Shown: positions 27,203 to 36,385, counted from the stretch's first letter. The stretch: 64,000 nt of DNA from Pyrinomonadaceae bacterium (GCA_041751855.1 JBGSWR010000035.1:42187-106186); one strand, 5' to 3'. Numbers and translations are program-made. Notes: generated from the letters alone by a model not told the origin.

Positions 27203-27297
27203 GCGTTCACCTCCCCGGTGGACGAAGTGGTCGCGTGGGGTGAGGACACGTGGCCTTAGGGTGGGGGCAGTGGGAGGCCCCCGCCCGCTTTTGTTTT
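27203..27297 (+). ncRNA. candidate small RNA (promoter-to-terminator unit of about 95 nt)
   Basis: Bounded by the promoter above and a strong intrinsic terminator. The interior can form an extended imperfect hairpin (cacctcccc...ggggtgagg). It holds no ORF with an SD sequence, and no plus-strand gene follows before a minus-strand gene. Confidence 0.3.
27259..27297 (+). terminator. rho-independent terminator
   Basis: 10-bp GC stem, gggtgggggc (27259-27268) with gcccccgccc (27277-27286), around an 8-nt loop, followed by gcttttgtttt. Confidence 0.7.
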
Positions 27298-27475
27298 AGT
27301 ACCTTCTCCCTCTCGCCCATGCACGCTGGCTCATTCATTTTTCAAGCTTGAAAGAAGAGTATCAACCTTGCAAGAAACGATTAGTCGTCGAAAGGAAACT
27401 TGCAAGGTGAGATTAATACCCTCAGCGGAAAGCTGAGAAGGGGATGTTTAGGGATGGACGAACTTCCGATCTATC

Positions 27476-27856
27476 CTAAGCCTGCGCTGCGCTAGCCTCA
27501 GGTGTACGGCCCGCCAGGAAACAGGTGCGGCAGTACACGGGGCGTCCCTGGGACGGATAGAAAGGGACGGTGGTTTGCTGTCCACATTGGGCGCATTGAA
27601 CCGAAACCTCGATACGCTGGCGTACCCCCGAAGATTGCGCCGCGGCTATTGCTGCCAGCCTTTCGTTCTTGGCCTGCTTACATGGCTTGCACCGCTTGGG
27701 CTCATTCTTCAAACCCTTGTCGTGAAAAAAAACCTGTTCTCCGCCAGTCCAGGTGAACTCTTCACCACAATCGACGCACTTTATGCTGCGATCCTGGTAT
27801 TGAGTTTCAGAGGAGGTCTCGATTTCGCTGGCTGCTTCGATTTGTGACATGCTCAA
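27476..27856 (-). CDS. double zinc-ribbon protein (zf-trcl-like N-terminus plus CxxC-x17-CxxC C-terminus)
   Basis: Contains CVDCGEEFTWTGGEQVFFHDKGLKNEPKRCKPC and CAQCGQQTTVPFYPSQGRPVYCRTCF. It is a paralog of the CDS at 37595..37906. Confidence 0.7.
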   Translation of the reverse strand: MSMSQIEAASEIETSSETQYQDRSIKCVDCGEEFTWTGGEQVFFHDKGLKNEPKRCKPCKQAKNERLAAIAAAQSSGVRQRIEVSVQCAQCGQQTTVPFYPSQGRPVYCRTCFLAGRTPEASAAQA

Positions 27857-28180
27857 CGCTCCCTTGGGTCGTTCAAAACGGACGAACTGAAAGGCCAGTC
27901 AAGAAACAAAGAAAGTGACGCTCACAGGGGAGATCGTTACTCTCTATGGGTGAGAATGAAGGCCCTCGGGCCCCTCGTTTCACAAAATCTGGTGGGAAAA
28001 GTATATCTATGTCGAAACTGTGTCAAGGGCCAGCTTGCTTTTGTTGGTGAAGAGATTCTTGACAGCAAAGAACCGTCATGCCAGCATCCGTGGCCTCAGA
28101 CATGATTGCTGCCACGTTTGCTCACTTCAAAAGCGGTGAAACCTGGCTTCGGATCTTAGCAACACATCAACAAACTCAGG

Positions 28181-29482
28181 ATGCCAATGAAAATTCTGGT
28201 TATCGGTTCGGGAGGTCGAGAGCACGCGATTACCTGGGCACTTAAAAGGACGTCCGTAGTACCCCTCGAGCTTTTTTGCGCACCCGGAAACGCTGGAATA
28301 GCAGCGATAGCGCGTTGCGTTCCGATCAGCGCAACTGACGCCGTTTCATTGATTCAGTTCGCGCGCGCCGAGGCCATAGACCTCACCATCGTGGGGCCGG
28401 AAGCGCCATTGGCTAACGGAATCGTCGATCAGTTTGAACTCGAAAGGCTGGCGATTGCAGGTCCCAATCTGGCCGCGGCGAGACTCGAGGCTAGCAAAGT
28501 CTTTGCGAAAGAGTTCATGGTAAGACATGGAGTTCCCACGGCCGCTTATAAAGTAGCCAATTCGCCGGTAGAGGCGCTGGAGTTTCTTCACAGCGGGGAA
28601 TTTGGATCTCCTTCATCACCCGTTGTCGTTAAAGCTGATGGGCTTGCAGCGGGGAAAGGCGTGATTGTGGCAAGCTCTCATTCGCAGGCCGCGCTCGCTG
28701 TGGAAGAGTTGATGTCCGGAGAGCTGGTGGAACGAGAGGCAGCCCGCCAGGTGCTTGTTGAGGAGGCTCTGACGGGGACTGAGGCTTCAGTGCTTGTCTT
28801 CGCCGATGGCAATGATTACGTGCTGATGCCTCCTGCCAGAGATCACAAACGCATCGGTGAGAATGATACGGGGCCAAACACGGGTGGCATGGGTGCAGTC
28901 ACAGATCCGGCTATTTTGGATCGTGACATGTTGGCCAACATCAGCGCTAAGATTATCGAGCCCACTCTGGCTGGTGCTCGTGAAGATGGATTCCCCTTTC
29001 GAGGAGTTCTTTTCGTCGGGCTGATGTTAACGGCTGGCGGGCCAAAGGTGCTCGAATACAACGTGCGTTTCGGCGATCCTGAAACGCAGGCGATTCTGGT
29101 TCGATTGAAGGGCGATCTGGTTGGAGTATTTGACGCGATCCGGACTGGCAAGTTAAGAGAAGTAAGCGTGAATTGGACTGATGAATCGTCCGCTTGTGTA
29201 GTTCTTGCCAGCCGTGGCTATCCCGGCGCCTATGAGAAGGGATTGCGGATTGAAGGCCTTGATCGCTCAGGCGGAGTCAAGAATGCCGAGGTTTTTCATG
29301 CCGGAACAACGAAATCCAATCAAGGGGAGTTTTTGACTAGCGGTGGACGCGTTCTGGGTGTTACCGCTACGGGTAATTCGCTAAAGATGGCTTTGGATCG
29401 TTGTTATGGCGCATGCGAAACAATTAAGTGGACCGGTATGCAGTATCGGCGGGACATCGGGCGGTTCCGAGACCCTCGCTAG
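28181..29482 (+). CDS. purD: phosphoribosylamine--glycine ligase
   Basis: Contains MKILVIGSGGREHAITWAL, the ATP-grasp blocks, GPNTGGMGA and YNVRFGDPETQ. It is 433 aa. Confidence 0.95.
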   Translation: MPMKILVIGSGGREHAITWALKRTSVVPLELFCAPGNAGIAAIARCVPISATDAVSLIQFARAEAIDLTIVGPEAPLANGIVDQFELERLAIAGPNLAAARLEASKVFAKEFMVRHGVPTAAYKVANSPVEALEFLHSGEFGSPSSPVVVKADGLAAGKGVIVASSHSQAALAVEELMSGELVEREAARQVLVEEALTGTEASVLVFADGNDYVLMPPARDHKRIGENDTGPNTGGMGAVTDPAILDRDMLANISAKIIEPTLAGAREDGFPFRGVLFVGLMLTAGGPKVLEYNVRFGDPETQAILVRLKGDLVGVFDAIRTGKLREVSVNWTDESSACVVLASRGYPGAYEKGLRIEGLDRSGGVKNAEVFHAGTTKSNQGEFLTSGGRVLGVTATGNSLKMALDRCYGACETIKWTGMQYRRDIGRFRDPR

Positions 29483-29697
29483 CAGGATTCGCTTGAAGCG
29501 CTGAATCACCACTCCGGACTCCATCTGTGTGATTTCGCGTAACAGTGCTGTTATACTTTGGGCTTACTTTCCGTCTGGGAGTCGAACCCGAGGAACTTAC
29601 CTGTCGTACAGACCATTAGCGGACGGGCAACGTCATTTAGCAGTTAAATTGAGGGAGAAAGCTCGCACATCTAAGTGCTGGAGGCTGAGCGAAAAAG

Positions 29698-30471
29698 ATG
29701 GGACTTTGGAGCAGATTTAAGCGTTCAATGCGCTCGCTGTTTGGGGGCGTAATCGAAAAGACAGAAGACCCTGAACTGATACTTCAACAGACGATCCGCG
29801 ACATGAGGGATCGGGTTCCCGAGTTGAATAACTCAGTGGCGCAGGTAATGGCGACTGAGAAGCTGCTCGCCAAGAGCCGGGAGCGTTTGGATGCTCAGGT
29901 AGTCGATCTTGACGCGAAAATTCGGGCCTCGGTCAAGATGGGACGTGACGATATAGCAACTGCTTATATCGGACAGTTACAGCAGGCGCAGATGGATCTG
30001 CAAAAGACGTCTCAGCAACTGGAGCATGCAAGCCTTGCATCCAAGCAGGCGCTCAAGGCGCGTGACAATTATGTGTTGCAGATGCAGCGGCGCACTGCCG
30101 AAGCGATGCAGCTAATTAACCAGTCCAAGCAGTCCAAGCTCCAGGAGCAATTGGCGCAGACAATGGAATCGTTTGAGCTTGGAGACGATGCTTCGACCTT
30201 TAACGAAATGCGGGATAAGATTGATCGTCGCGCTGCTGCTGCCGAAGCTAAGATGCAGCTTGGCTCGGCTTCCGTAGACTCCCAAATGCAAGACATCGAG
30301 CGAGAGGCCATGGATATGCAGTTGCAGGACAAGCTGCTCGCTTATAAGAGAGACATGGGGTTGTTGCCCGCAGCAGCCGCATCGACGCCTCACGCTTTGC
30401 CAGCGGAAGGCGAGTCTTCTGGTTCTGACCAGCCTAATGAAGTCGTGAAGAATGAGAGCCACTCTAATTGA
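29698..30471 (+). CDS. pspA: PspA/IM30 family protein
   Basis: Begins MGLWSRFKRSMRSLFGGVIEKTEDPELILQQTIRDMRD and continues as a long coiled coil typical of PspA/Vipp1. Confidence 0.8.
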   Translation: MGLWSRFKRSMRSLFGGVIEKTEDPELILQQTIRDMRDRVPELNNSVAQVMATEKLLAKSRERLDAQVVDLDAKIRASVKMGRDDIATAYIGQLQQAQMDLQKTSQQLEHASLASKQALKARDNYVLQMQRRTAEAMQLINQSKQSKLQEQLAQTMESFELGDDASTFNEMRDKIDRRAAAAEAKMQLGSASVDSQMQDIEREAMDMQLQDKLLAYKRDMGLLPAAAASTPHALPAEGESSGSDQPNEVVKNESHSN

Positions 30472-30526
30472 AAGGCAATCTGGAGGGTGGATCTGAAATG
30501 GTCCGTTTGTTCAGTTCGTCAAGTTT

Positions 30527-31366
30527 ATGGCTGAGTTCCCTAAGTTTGATCTCAAGTATTTGAAAGAGGCCTTCAAGGAACCCATCAATTTCTGGGGGAT
30601 GGCTGGATTTGCAGTTGCTGCCGCTTATGTTCAGGATGTAACTCCGCTGGTCTTTGCTCTGGGAGCGGAAACTCTTTATTTAGCTACCGTGCCGGCAAGT
30701 TCACTTTATCGTCGTCTGGTGGATCGTCGCGAGAAGCAGCGAATGCTTAAGCTGCGCGATCAACAGCGAGAAGCTTTGATTAAAGGGTTCGATCCGCGCG
30801 AACGTGAGGCGGTCGAGTATCTGCGCTGGATGAAGAACCAGATCTATTCGAACTACAAGAAGTTTACCGGCACAAAACAGATTCCAGGTAACATTCAGAG
30901 TCTGGATCACCGGTGGGAAGACTTTGTCGATCTACTGGATGTCTATCGGCGCCGGAAACAGCACCTTAGATCCATCAATCGCCAGGCAGTGCAAAACCAA
31001 TTAGTACAGGCCGAGCGCGCCGTGGAACTTTCCAAAGACGAACGCGAGAGACGCATTCAACAGGCTAACGTGGAGATCCTGCGGCGTCGCGTAGCAGCGT
31101 TTAACGACATCGAGCGCTCGGTAAAACTGGTCGAGGGCCAGTTACAATCAATCGAGAATTTCTTTGGCCTTGTCAACGATCAGGTTGTAACTCTGCCGAC
31201 ACCGGAACGAGTGTCATCACTGGACTTCGAACAGCTAAGTGATTCGATTGCGATGACCAAGCAGATGCTCGAAGAGACTTCCGATACTTTTGCCGCGCTT
31301 GACAGCCACAATCGCGATATCGCGAACTACGAGTTACTCCTCTCTAATAGCAGTTCATCAAAATAA
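30527..31366 (+). CDS. hypothetical membrane-associated coiled-coil protein
   Basis: 279 aa. The N-terminus has a hydrophobic hairpin (FWGMAGFAVAAAYV...LVFALGAETLYLATV), followed by a long charged helical region. It lies 55 nt downstream of pspA. Confidence 0.55.
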   Translation: MAEFPKFDLKYLKEAFKEPINFWGMAGFAVAAAYVQDVTPLVFALGAETLYLATVPASSLYRRLVDRREKQRMLKLRDQQREALIKGFDPREREAVEYLRWMKNQIYSNYKKFTGTKQIPGNIQSLDHRWEDFVDLLDVYRRRKQHLRSINRQAVQNQLVQAERAVELSKDERERRIQQANVEILRRRVAAFNDIERSVKLVEGQLQSIENFFGLVNDQVVTLPTPERVSSLDFEQLSDSIAMTKQMLEETSDTFAALDSHNRDIANYELLLSNSSSSK

Positions 31367-31731
31367 CGTGATGCCAGGGACCGCCTAAGATGTTCCCCCC
31401 CGGGAGCCCCCCGGTTTGCGACGCTTGATTGTGACGTCCGCGAGGGAACCGAGGGGGGATGTGGTCGGGCCCGCTCTGCCTACTACTCCCGTAAGAGTCA
31501 CCATGTCGCCGCGACTCCCCGACCCCGCTTCAAGCTCAGAAGTTCGGGTTGCCGAAAAGCTGTTGCAGCCGCGAGATTGGGGTAAGTTTTTTAGCCTCGG
31601 AACGCAAGTTAACAGCATGCGCCGCATCAAAAAACAACTTTGAAGCGACCGTTTATCAGTAACTTAGTAGTTAAGGTTGAGTATGAAGAAACACTCTCTA
31701 TTGCATTGAAAAAAAAGCTGACCACAATATA

Positions 31732-31760
31732 TTGACATGTATGTTACAAAGATGTATAGT
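31732..31760 (+). promoter_or_regulatory. near-consensus sigma-70 promoter for nrdJ (TTGACA-17 nt-TATAGT)
   Basis: TTGACA at 31732-31737, a 17-nt spacer, and TATAGT at 31755-31760, with an A-tract upstream. The palindrome caatatattg (31725-31734) overlaps the -35 element. Confidence 0.6.
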
Positions 31761-31978
31761 GCGCTCCGCTTGAGTCGAGGCGGATTTTAGTTGGAAGCAG
31801 CGGCAGGCCCTCTAGTCGCTTTCCAGGCAGGTTTTTGCGCTTCGTATAGAGCCAACCGGGGTATCCGCAAATCATCTTAGTTAGAGCAACGCGAAGGTAT
31901 ACGCGTAGCCAACCCGTTTTTTGACGCCAGATAAACAAGGTTAGCACCGGTCTCCCCATAGAAAGGAAGAGAAGTGAG

Positions 31979-34624
31979 ATGAGCGCAGCTATCGGCAAAC
32001 AGGTCGCAAAGAATACTTCTCCCTCAACCACGCCCGCACGTAAGAGCCAACCGCTGGGACTCAATGCCAAGCGTGTAATCAGCAGAAGGTATTCTCTTAA
32101 GGATGCCAAAGGTCGGCCGCTCGAGGAATGGCCTGATATTGTGCGTAGAGTGGTTGGTCATGTTTCGGCTGCCGAAAAGAGTCCCGCGAAGCGCGATGAA
32201 TTTTTTGCTGCCATGACCGAGGTTATGATGGCCCGTGAATTCGTGCCTAATACGCCATGCCTTGTCAATGCGGGCAAAGCGAACGGCCAGTTGGCAGCCT
32301 GTTTTGTGCTGGATGTCCCTGATTCGATCATGGGAATCATGGAACATGCCAAGGCAGCGGCGACCATCCATCAGACTGGCGGTGGTACGGGGATGACTTA
32401 CGAGTTCCTGCGACCGGCGGGCGCAATGGTTAGTTCCACGCGGGGAGTCGCGTCCGGTCCCGTCTCTTTCATGAACATCGTGAACCAGGTAACCGATGTG
32501 GTTAAGCAGGGCGGAGTGAGGCGCGGCGCCAATATGGGCATGATGCTTGTTACCCACCCAGACGTGTTGCGGTTTATCCACGCGAAGAACGACCAACACT
32601 CACTGACGAACTTCAATATCTCCGTTAATGTGACGGAAAAGTTTCTGAGGGCAGTCGATAACAACGATTGGTTTCAACTCGAGTTCGGAGGAGAGTCATG
32701 GACCGAAGCCATCTACGATCCTGTCCGTGACGGAGACTACGTCATCTATCGGCGCGCCGATAGCTCAACGGTAACTTTCAGCGATCGTCAGGATTTCCTG
32801 AGCGCCGACCTTTCAGGGTGTACGGTCGAAGAGCCGCCACGACCAGGCATGGTCTATGCTCCGGATGTCTGGAACCGCATCATCTCCAGTGCGCACAAAT
32901 ACGCCGAACCGGGGATCGCCTTTATCGACGAAGTGAATAGACACAATCACATGATGAAGTCGATGGGGCCGATATATTCATGCAACCCCTGCGGTGAGCA
33001 GTTCCTCCATTTTTCGAACTCATGCAACCTGGGTTCGATCGACCTTAACAAATTCTACGATCCGGAAGGGAGGGTAGACTGGGACCGGTTGCGCAAAGTA
33101 ACCCATCTCTGCACGCGTTTTTTGGATAATGTGATCGATACCTGTGCCTGGCCCTTGCCTGAGATTAACGATGTCGTTCACCGTACGCGCCCCGTCGGGT
33201 TGGGGATTATGGGCTTTGCGGATCTATGTCTGAACCTGCAAGTCACCTACGGTTCATCAGCCTCGATCGATCTGATGGACGAAATGATGGGCTTCATCCG
33301 TCGCGAGGCGTGGAATGCAAGTATTCAACTTGGCGCCGAGAAGGGAGTCTTTTCCGAGTTCGAGCCAAACCGCGAAGCCTACGAAGACTTTCTTTACAAT
33401 CAGGTCGGGATTCCCCACGATGTTCCTTTAACACCTCGTAACTATGAAGTAACCACGATTGCTCCTACCGGTACGATTTCGCTGGTGGCGGAAACTTCGT
33501 CCGGAATCGAGCCTAACTTTTCCTGGGCCTACGTGCGCAAGGATACGCTGGGGACACGAACCTATGTGCACACCCTCGCGGCCAAGGCTCTGGGACTCGA
33601 TGTCGATCAGACCGATCAGGAGTCAATCGATCAGGCAGCCGCCTACGTCGTCGAACACGAACGCGAGCTGCCTGACTATTTTATTTCGGCGATGAATATC
33701 AGTGCCGAGCAGCATGTGCATGTATTGGCAGCCGCCCAACGCAACGTAGATAACAGCGTCTCAAAGACCTGCAACGGCGCCGTGGATGATACTGTCGAGT
33801 CTGTGGATCGCTTATATCGGCTGGCGCGCCAGCTTGGTTGTAAAGCGGTCAGTTACTATCGCGACGGGTCGCGCGAGAACCAGGTGCTTACCTCGATGAA
33901 AGTTGAGGAGAAGGGGGAGACTGCCTGCAATCCGGAAGCGGCGGACATAGCGCTCGATGAATTGACATTGGGACAGGCTGCGGCAGATCCGGAAGCAGAA
34001 GGCCTCGCTAGAGCGGAAGCGGGCGCATTAGTCAGAGAACAGGCAGATGCCGAGGAAATGGCGAAGGAGACGGCGGCCCGGGAGAGAACACATGCTGCGG
34101 ATGGCATCAGCGCTCCTGCGGCGACGGCTCTGCGCATCGAACGTCCGCGCGAACTGCGCGGCGCCACGTGGCAGATTCCGTTCGATGGTCAGAACCTCTA
34201 CGTAACCGTAAACCACGACGGTCAGATGATTCAGGAAGTGTTTGCTACCGGACCGATCAGCGGTGGCGTGGGGTTGCTTGCTTCGAAAATGCTGAGAGGT
34301 GGCTTTGACGCTGCTGAGGTGGCCTACAGTCTGAACAAAGTTACCGGGACTCATGCCGTTTGGTTCAATGAGCGGCTGCTGACATCACCCGAGCAGGCGG
34401 TCGCGGAGTGCATCATGATCACGAACCGGCGCCTCCAGAATCACCCCGATTCAGCGCGGGCGCTTGGCAAGATGCAGGCGTCGAATCCTGAAAAACAGGG
34501 GCCTGGGGTAACTGGCGCCATCATGTCTTCGATGATTGGAATTTGTCCTGAATGCAAAGGCCAGTTGGAACACGCCAGCGGCTGTGACTTCTGCCGGGAT
34601 TGCGGGTACTCGAAGTGTAAGTGA
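31979..34624 (+). CDS. nrdJ: adenosylcobalamin-dependent ribonucleotide reductase (class II)
   Basis: 881 aa. Contains [39 protein letters not shown] and SKTCN blocks. The C-terminus ends in a C-x2-C...C-x2-C tail. Confidence 0.9.
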   Translation: MSAAIGKQVAKNTSPSTTPARKSQPLGLNAKRVISRRYSLKDAKGRPLEEWPDIVRRVVGHVSAAEKSPAKRDEFFAAMTEVMMAREFVPNTPCLVNAGKANGQLAACFVLDVPDSIMGIMEHAKAAATIHQTGGGTGMTYEFLRPAGAMVSSTRGVASGPVSFMNIVNQVTDVVKQGGVRRGANMGMMLVTHPDVLRFIHAKNDQHSLTNFNISVNVTEKFLRAVDNNDWFQLEFGGESWTEAIYDPVRDGDYVIYRRADSSTVTFSDRQDFLSADLSGCTVEEPPRPGMVYAPDVWNRIISSAHKYAEPGIAFIDEVNRHNHMMKSMGPIYSCNPCGEQFLHFSNSCNLGSIDLNKFYDPEGRVDWDRLRKVTHLCTRFLDNVIDTCAWPLPEINDVVHRTRPVGLGIMGFADLCLNLQVTYGSSASIDLMDEMMGFIRREAWNASIQLGAEKGVFSEFEPNREAYEDFLYNQVGIPHDVPLTPRNYEVTTIAPTGTISLVAETSSGIEPNFSWAYVRKDTLGTRTYVHTLAAKALGLDVDQTDQESIDQAAAYVVEHERELPDYFISAMNISAEQHVHVLAAAQRNVDNSVSKTCNGAVDDTVESVDRLYRLARQLGCKAVSYYRDGSRENQVLTSMKVEEKGETACNPEAADIALDELTLGQAAADPEAEGLARAEAGALVREQADAEEMAKETAARERTHAADGISAPAATALRIERPRELRGATWQIPFDGQNLYVTVNHDGQMIQEVFATGPISGGVGLLASKMLRGGFDAAEVAYSLNKVTGTHAVWFNERLLTSPEQAVAECIMITNRRLQNHPDSARALGKMQASNPEKQGPGVTGAIMSSMIGICPECKGQLEHASGCDFCRDCGYSKCK

Positions 34625-34656
34625 TCGCGGAGTCTTTAGTTCCCGCGGCTAAATAA

Positions 34657-34701
34657 ATAGCCCCGTGCTGATGCAGATCAGTTTCGGGGCTATGTTTTTT
34701 T
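34657..34701 (+). terminator. rho-independent terminator of nrdJ
   Basis: atagccccg (34657-34665) pairs with cggggctat (34685-34693), followed by gttttttt. Confidence 0.75.
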
Positions 34702-34800
34702 GAACCTCCTTCAGCTCCGATCAAGCTTAAGCACTGTGTGCAATAGAAAGCATCAGGTACTCTAGTGGGGCTAAGCAAACTAAAACGGGGTTATGAAAGA

Positions 34801-35232
34801 ATGACAACTCCCTGGGAAACGTTGGAGACTACGACTCATCAGGATCACGTGATTGCCCACGTGGTAGACGCCACGATCCTGGGCTATTTCACCCGTGATG
34901 AGACAATCTATGTGCTCCTCGATATAGGATTTATCTGGACGATCTATCTTGATGGGGAGATGGTCCTGTTACCACAGTCCGTCACAATTGGTGAACTCGA
35001 GGTTAACGAAGAGACACGAAGACGAATTCAGTCCGAGAGTGACGATCTCATCAAAGGAGAGTTAAATCGCGAGTTCGAATACCTGGTTCCCGCTTCAATG
35101 GAATGTATGATTACCGAGGTGAATGTCTTCGCTTCTGGCGATCAACGACGCTTGGTTGTTAGTGGCGCGGAGAGCAGTCTGGCAATCGAAACGTCACTGG
35201 CGACGAGTGAGATGAAGATTTATGAGTATTAA
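34801..35232 (+). CDS. hypothetical protein
   Basis: Internal ATG at 34801 of ORF 34765..35232 (MTTPWETLETTTHQDHVIAHVVDATILGY...). No motif recognised. Confidence 0.5.
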   Translation: MTTPWETLETTTHQDHVIAHVVDATILGYFTRDETIYVLLDIGFIWTIYLDGEMVLLPQSVTIGELEVNEETRRRIQSESDDLIKGELNREFEYLVPASMECMITEVNVFASGDQRRLVVSGAESSLAIETSLATSEMKIYEY

Positions 35233-35389
35233 TAACGAAGCTGGCGCCGCTAAGCCAAGCCCCGAGCTCGACAAAGCAGCCAGGGCCGAGCGAGATTTTC
35301 TCCGCGACCGGTTGCGGCGCGAACTTGATCGCGAGCCGACGGAAGAGGAACTGGACGAGTGGCTGCGGCAACACACCGAGGGTTACTGA
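35222..35389 (+). CDS. small charged helical protein, hypothetical (55 aa; below the ORF-track cutoff)
   Basis: My own translation is MSINNEAGAAKPSPELDKAARAERDFLRDRLRRELDREPTEEELDEWLRQHTEGY. Its ATG overlaps the 3' end of the upstream gene by 11 nt. Confidence 0.3.
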   Translation: MSINNEAGAAKPSPELDKAARAERDFLRDRLRRELDREPTEEELDEWLRQHTEGY

Positions 35390-35395
35390 AGAAAA

Positions 35396-35431
35396 GGATC
35401 CACGAAGTGACGTGTAGCCAATCGTGGATCC
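35396..35431. terminator. palindromic hairpin between convergent genes (same core as 3771..3843)
   Basis: ggatccacga (35396-35405) pairs with tcgtggatcc (35422-35431) around a 16-nt loop. Confidence 0.5.
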
Positions 35432-35466
35432 GTGATCTGGTTGCGTTGAGCGAGTTATCCGATCAA

Positions 35467-36045
35467 TTACCCGCTCACAACCTGAATCTGATTATCGACC
35501 TGTAGTACCCCTTTAACGGCCCTTACCATTCGCTCGATCTCCATTTTCAGCGTCTCGGATCTAACCGTTCCCTGCAGCGTAACCTTTCCGCTGGCGACGG
35601 TTGCTGTAATACCAAGCGTGGAGAAGATCTCATCGTCCGCGATCTGGCGATCGATGTCTGACTGGATTCGCGCATCGGTCTGAACCTCCCCGCCGCTTGG
35701 CGCCGGCTGCTGAATGATTACGGGGGCCGATTGGACTGGCGCCGGCTGCTGAATAATAACGGGCGGTTGTTGCGCGGCCGGTTGCTCGATGATCGTAGTT
35801 TGCGGAACAGGCGCTGGTTGAGTTGCGACGTCATTTCTGAACTCGTCAGTCCGGCCAGTCATCAGGAACAGGACCAGCAGAGTCACGAGTCCAATAGCTA
35901 CGATAACAAGTACCCCCACCATAGTGCTGGATACGCCATCGCGCTCGGGAGTTCTTACGGCTTCCGAGTGAACTACCTCGCGCCGTGTGTTTGGTGTTTC
36001 AACTACAACCCTACTTCTTTTTGCTTGCTCTTCGTCATATGACAT
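35467..36045 (-). CDS. BON-domain membrane-anchored protein
   Basis: One TM segment (MVGVLVIVAIGLVTLLVLFLM), a repeat (PPVIIQQPAP / APVIIQQPAP), and a C-terminal BON domain (ITATVASGKVTLQGTVRSETLKMEIERMVRAVKGVLQVDNQI). Confidence 0.75.
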   Translation of the reverse strand: MSYDEEQAKRSRVVVETPNTRREVVHSEAVRTPERDGVSSTMVGVLVIVAIGLVTLLVLFLMTGRTDEFRNDVATQPAPVPQTTIIEQPAAQQPPVIIQQPAPVQSAPVIIQQPAPSGGEVQTDARIQSDIDRQIADDEIFSTLGITATVASGKVTLQGTVRSETLKMEIERMVRAVKGVLQVDNQIQVVSG

Positions 36046-36385
36046 CTGTTTTTCTCCTTTACTTCAAATAGCCGGCTTAAAACTTCGGTATCCTGAAATT
36101 CAATGGCTCGCGGCTGAAAAGGAGCAAGCGCTATTCCTGTAACTCGTTCGCAATAAGGAGATAAGCAAGTTGGAAGAATCGCATCACGTATGCGCTAATT
36201 GTGCGGTACCAGGAGTTTAAACCTGAGAACTGCCAGCGTACGTTTTTAGTTCCAAGTTTTTGGTGACGATCTAAATTGAGACAGCTCGGAATGGCTTACG
36301 CGGCGAGAAACCGCGCTGGAACCCGTAAACAATGAAACTCATAAACCGTTTGCGCTGCCGCTCATGAGCCTTTGGTGACGGGTCG

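Noticed and set aside
27203-27297. SRP (4.5S) RNA as the identity of the hairpin-shaped candidate sRNA.
   Set aside because: It lacks the conserved domain IV sequence (GGUCCGGAAGGAAGCAGCC-type asymmetric and symmetric loops with a GNRA tetraloop).
29561-29640. A tRNA-like T-arm on the minus strand (CGGGTTCGACTCCCAG) lies between purD and pspA. This suggested a tRNA gene or an att-site remnant.
   Set aside because: I could not build a cloverleaf. There is no complementary acceptor stem, no D-arm consensus and no paired anticodon stem, and the T-stem has a C-A mismatch. At most it is a decayed tRNA fragment, so it is not reported as a feature.
31385-31643. ORFs 31416..31643 (+, 75 aa) and 31385..31630 (-, 81 aa) as protein-coding genes.
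   Set aside because: They overlap each other on opposite strands, are low-complexity (R/P/G/S-rich), lack SD sequences and arise naturally from a GC-rich structured stretch.
31385-31978. A cobalamin riboswitch upstream of the B12-dependent nrdJ.
   Set aside because: Some local resemblance exists (AGGGAA...GCCCGC; GGAGACCGG on the opposite strand). There is no correctly oriented B12 box, no GCCACTG element and no conserved core order. The GC-rich part also lies upstream of the best promoter.
32024-32599. A 191-aa minus-strand ORF, together with ORF 31744..32109 (-).
   Set aside because: They are antisense to the nrdJ 5' region and leader, whereas nrdJ carries strong family motifs.
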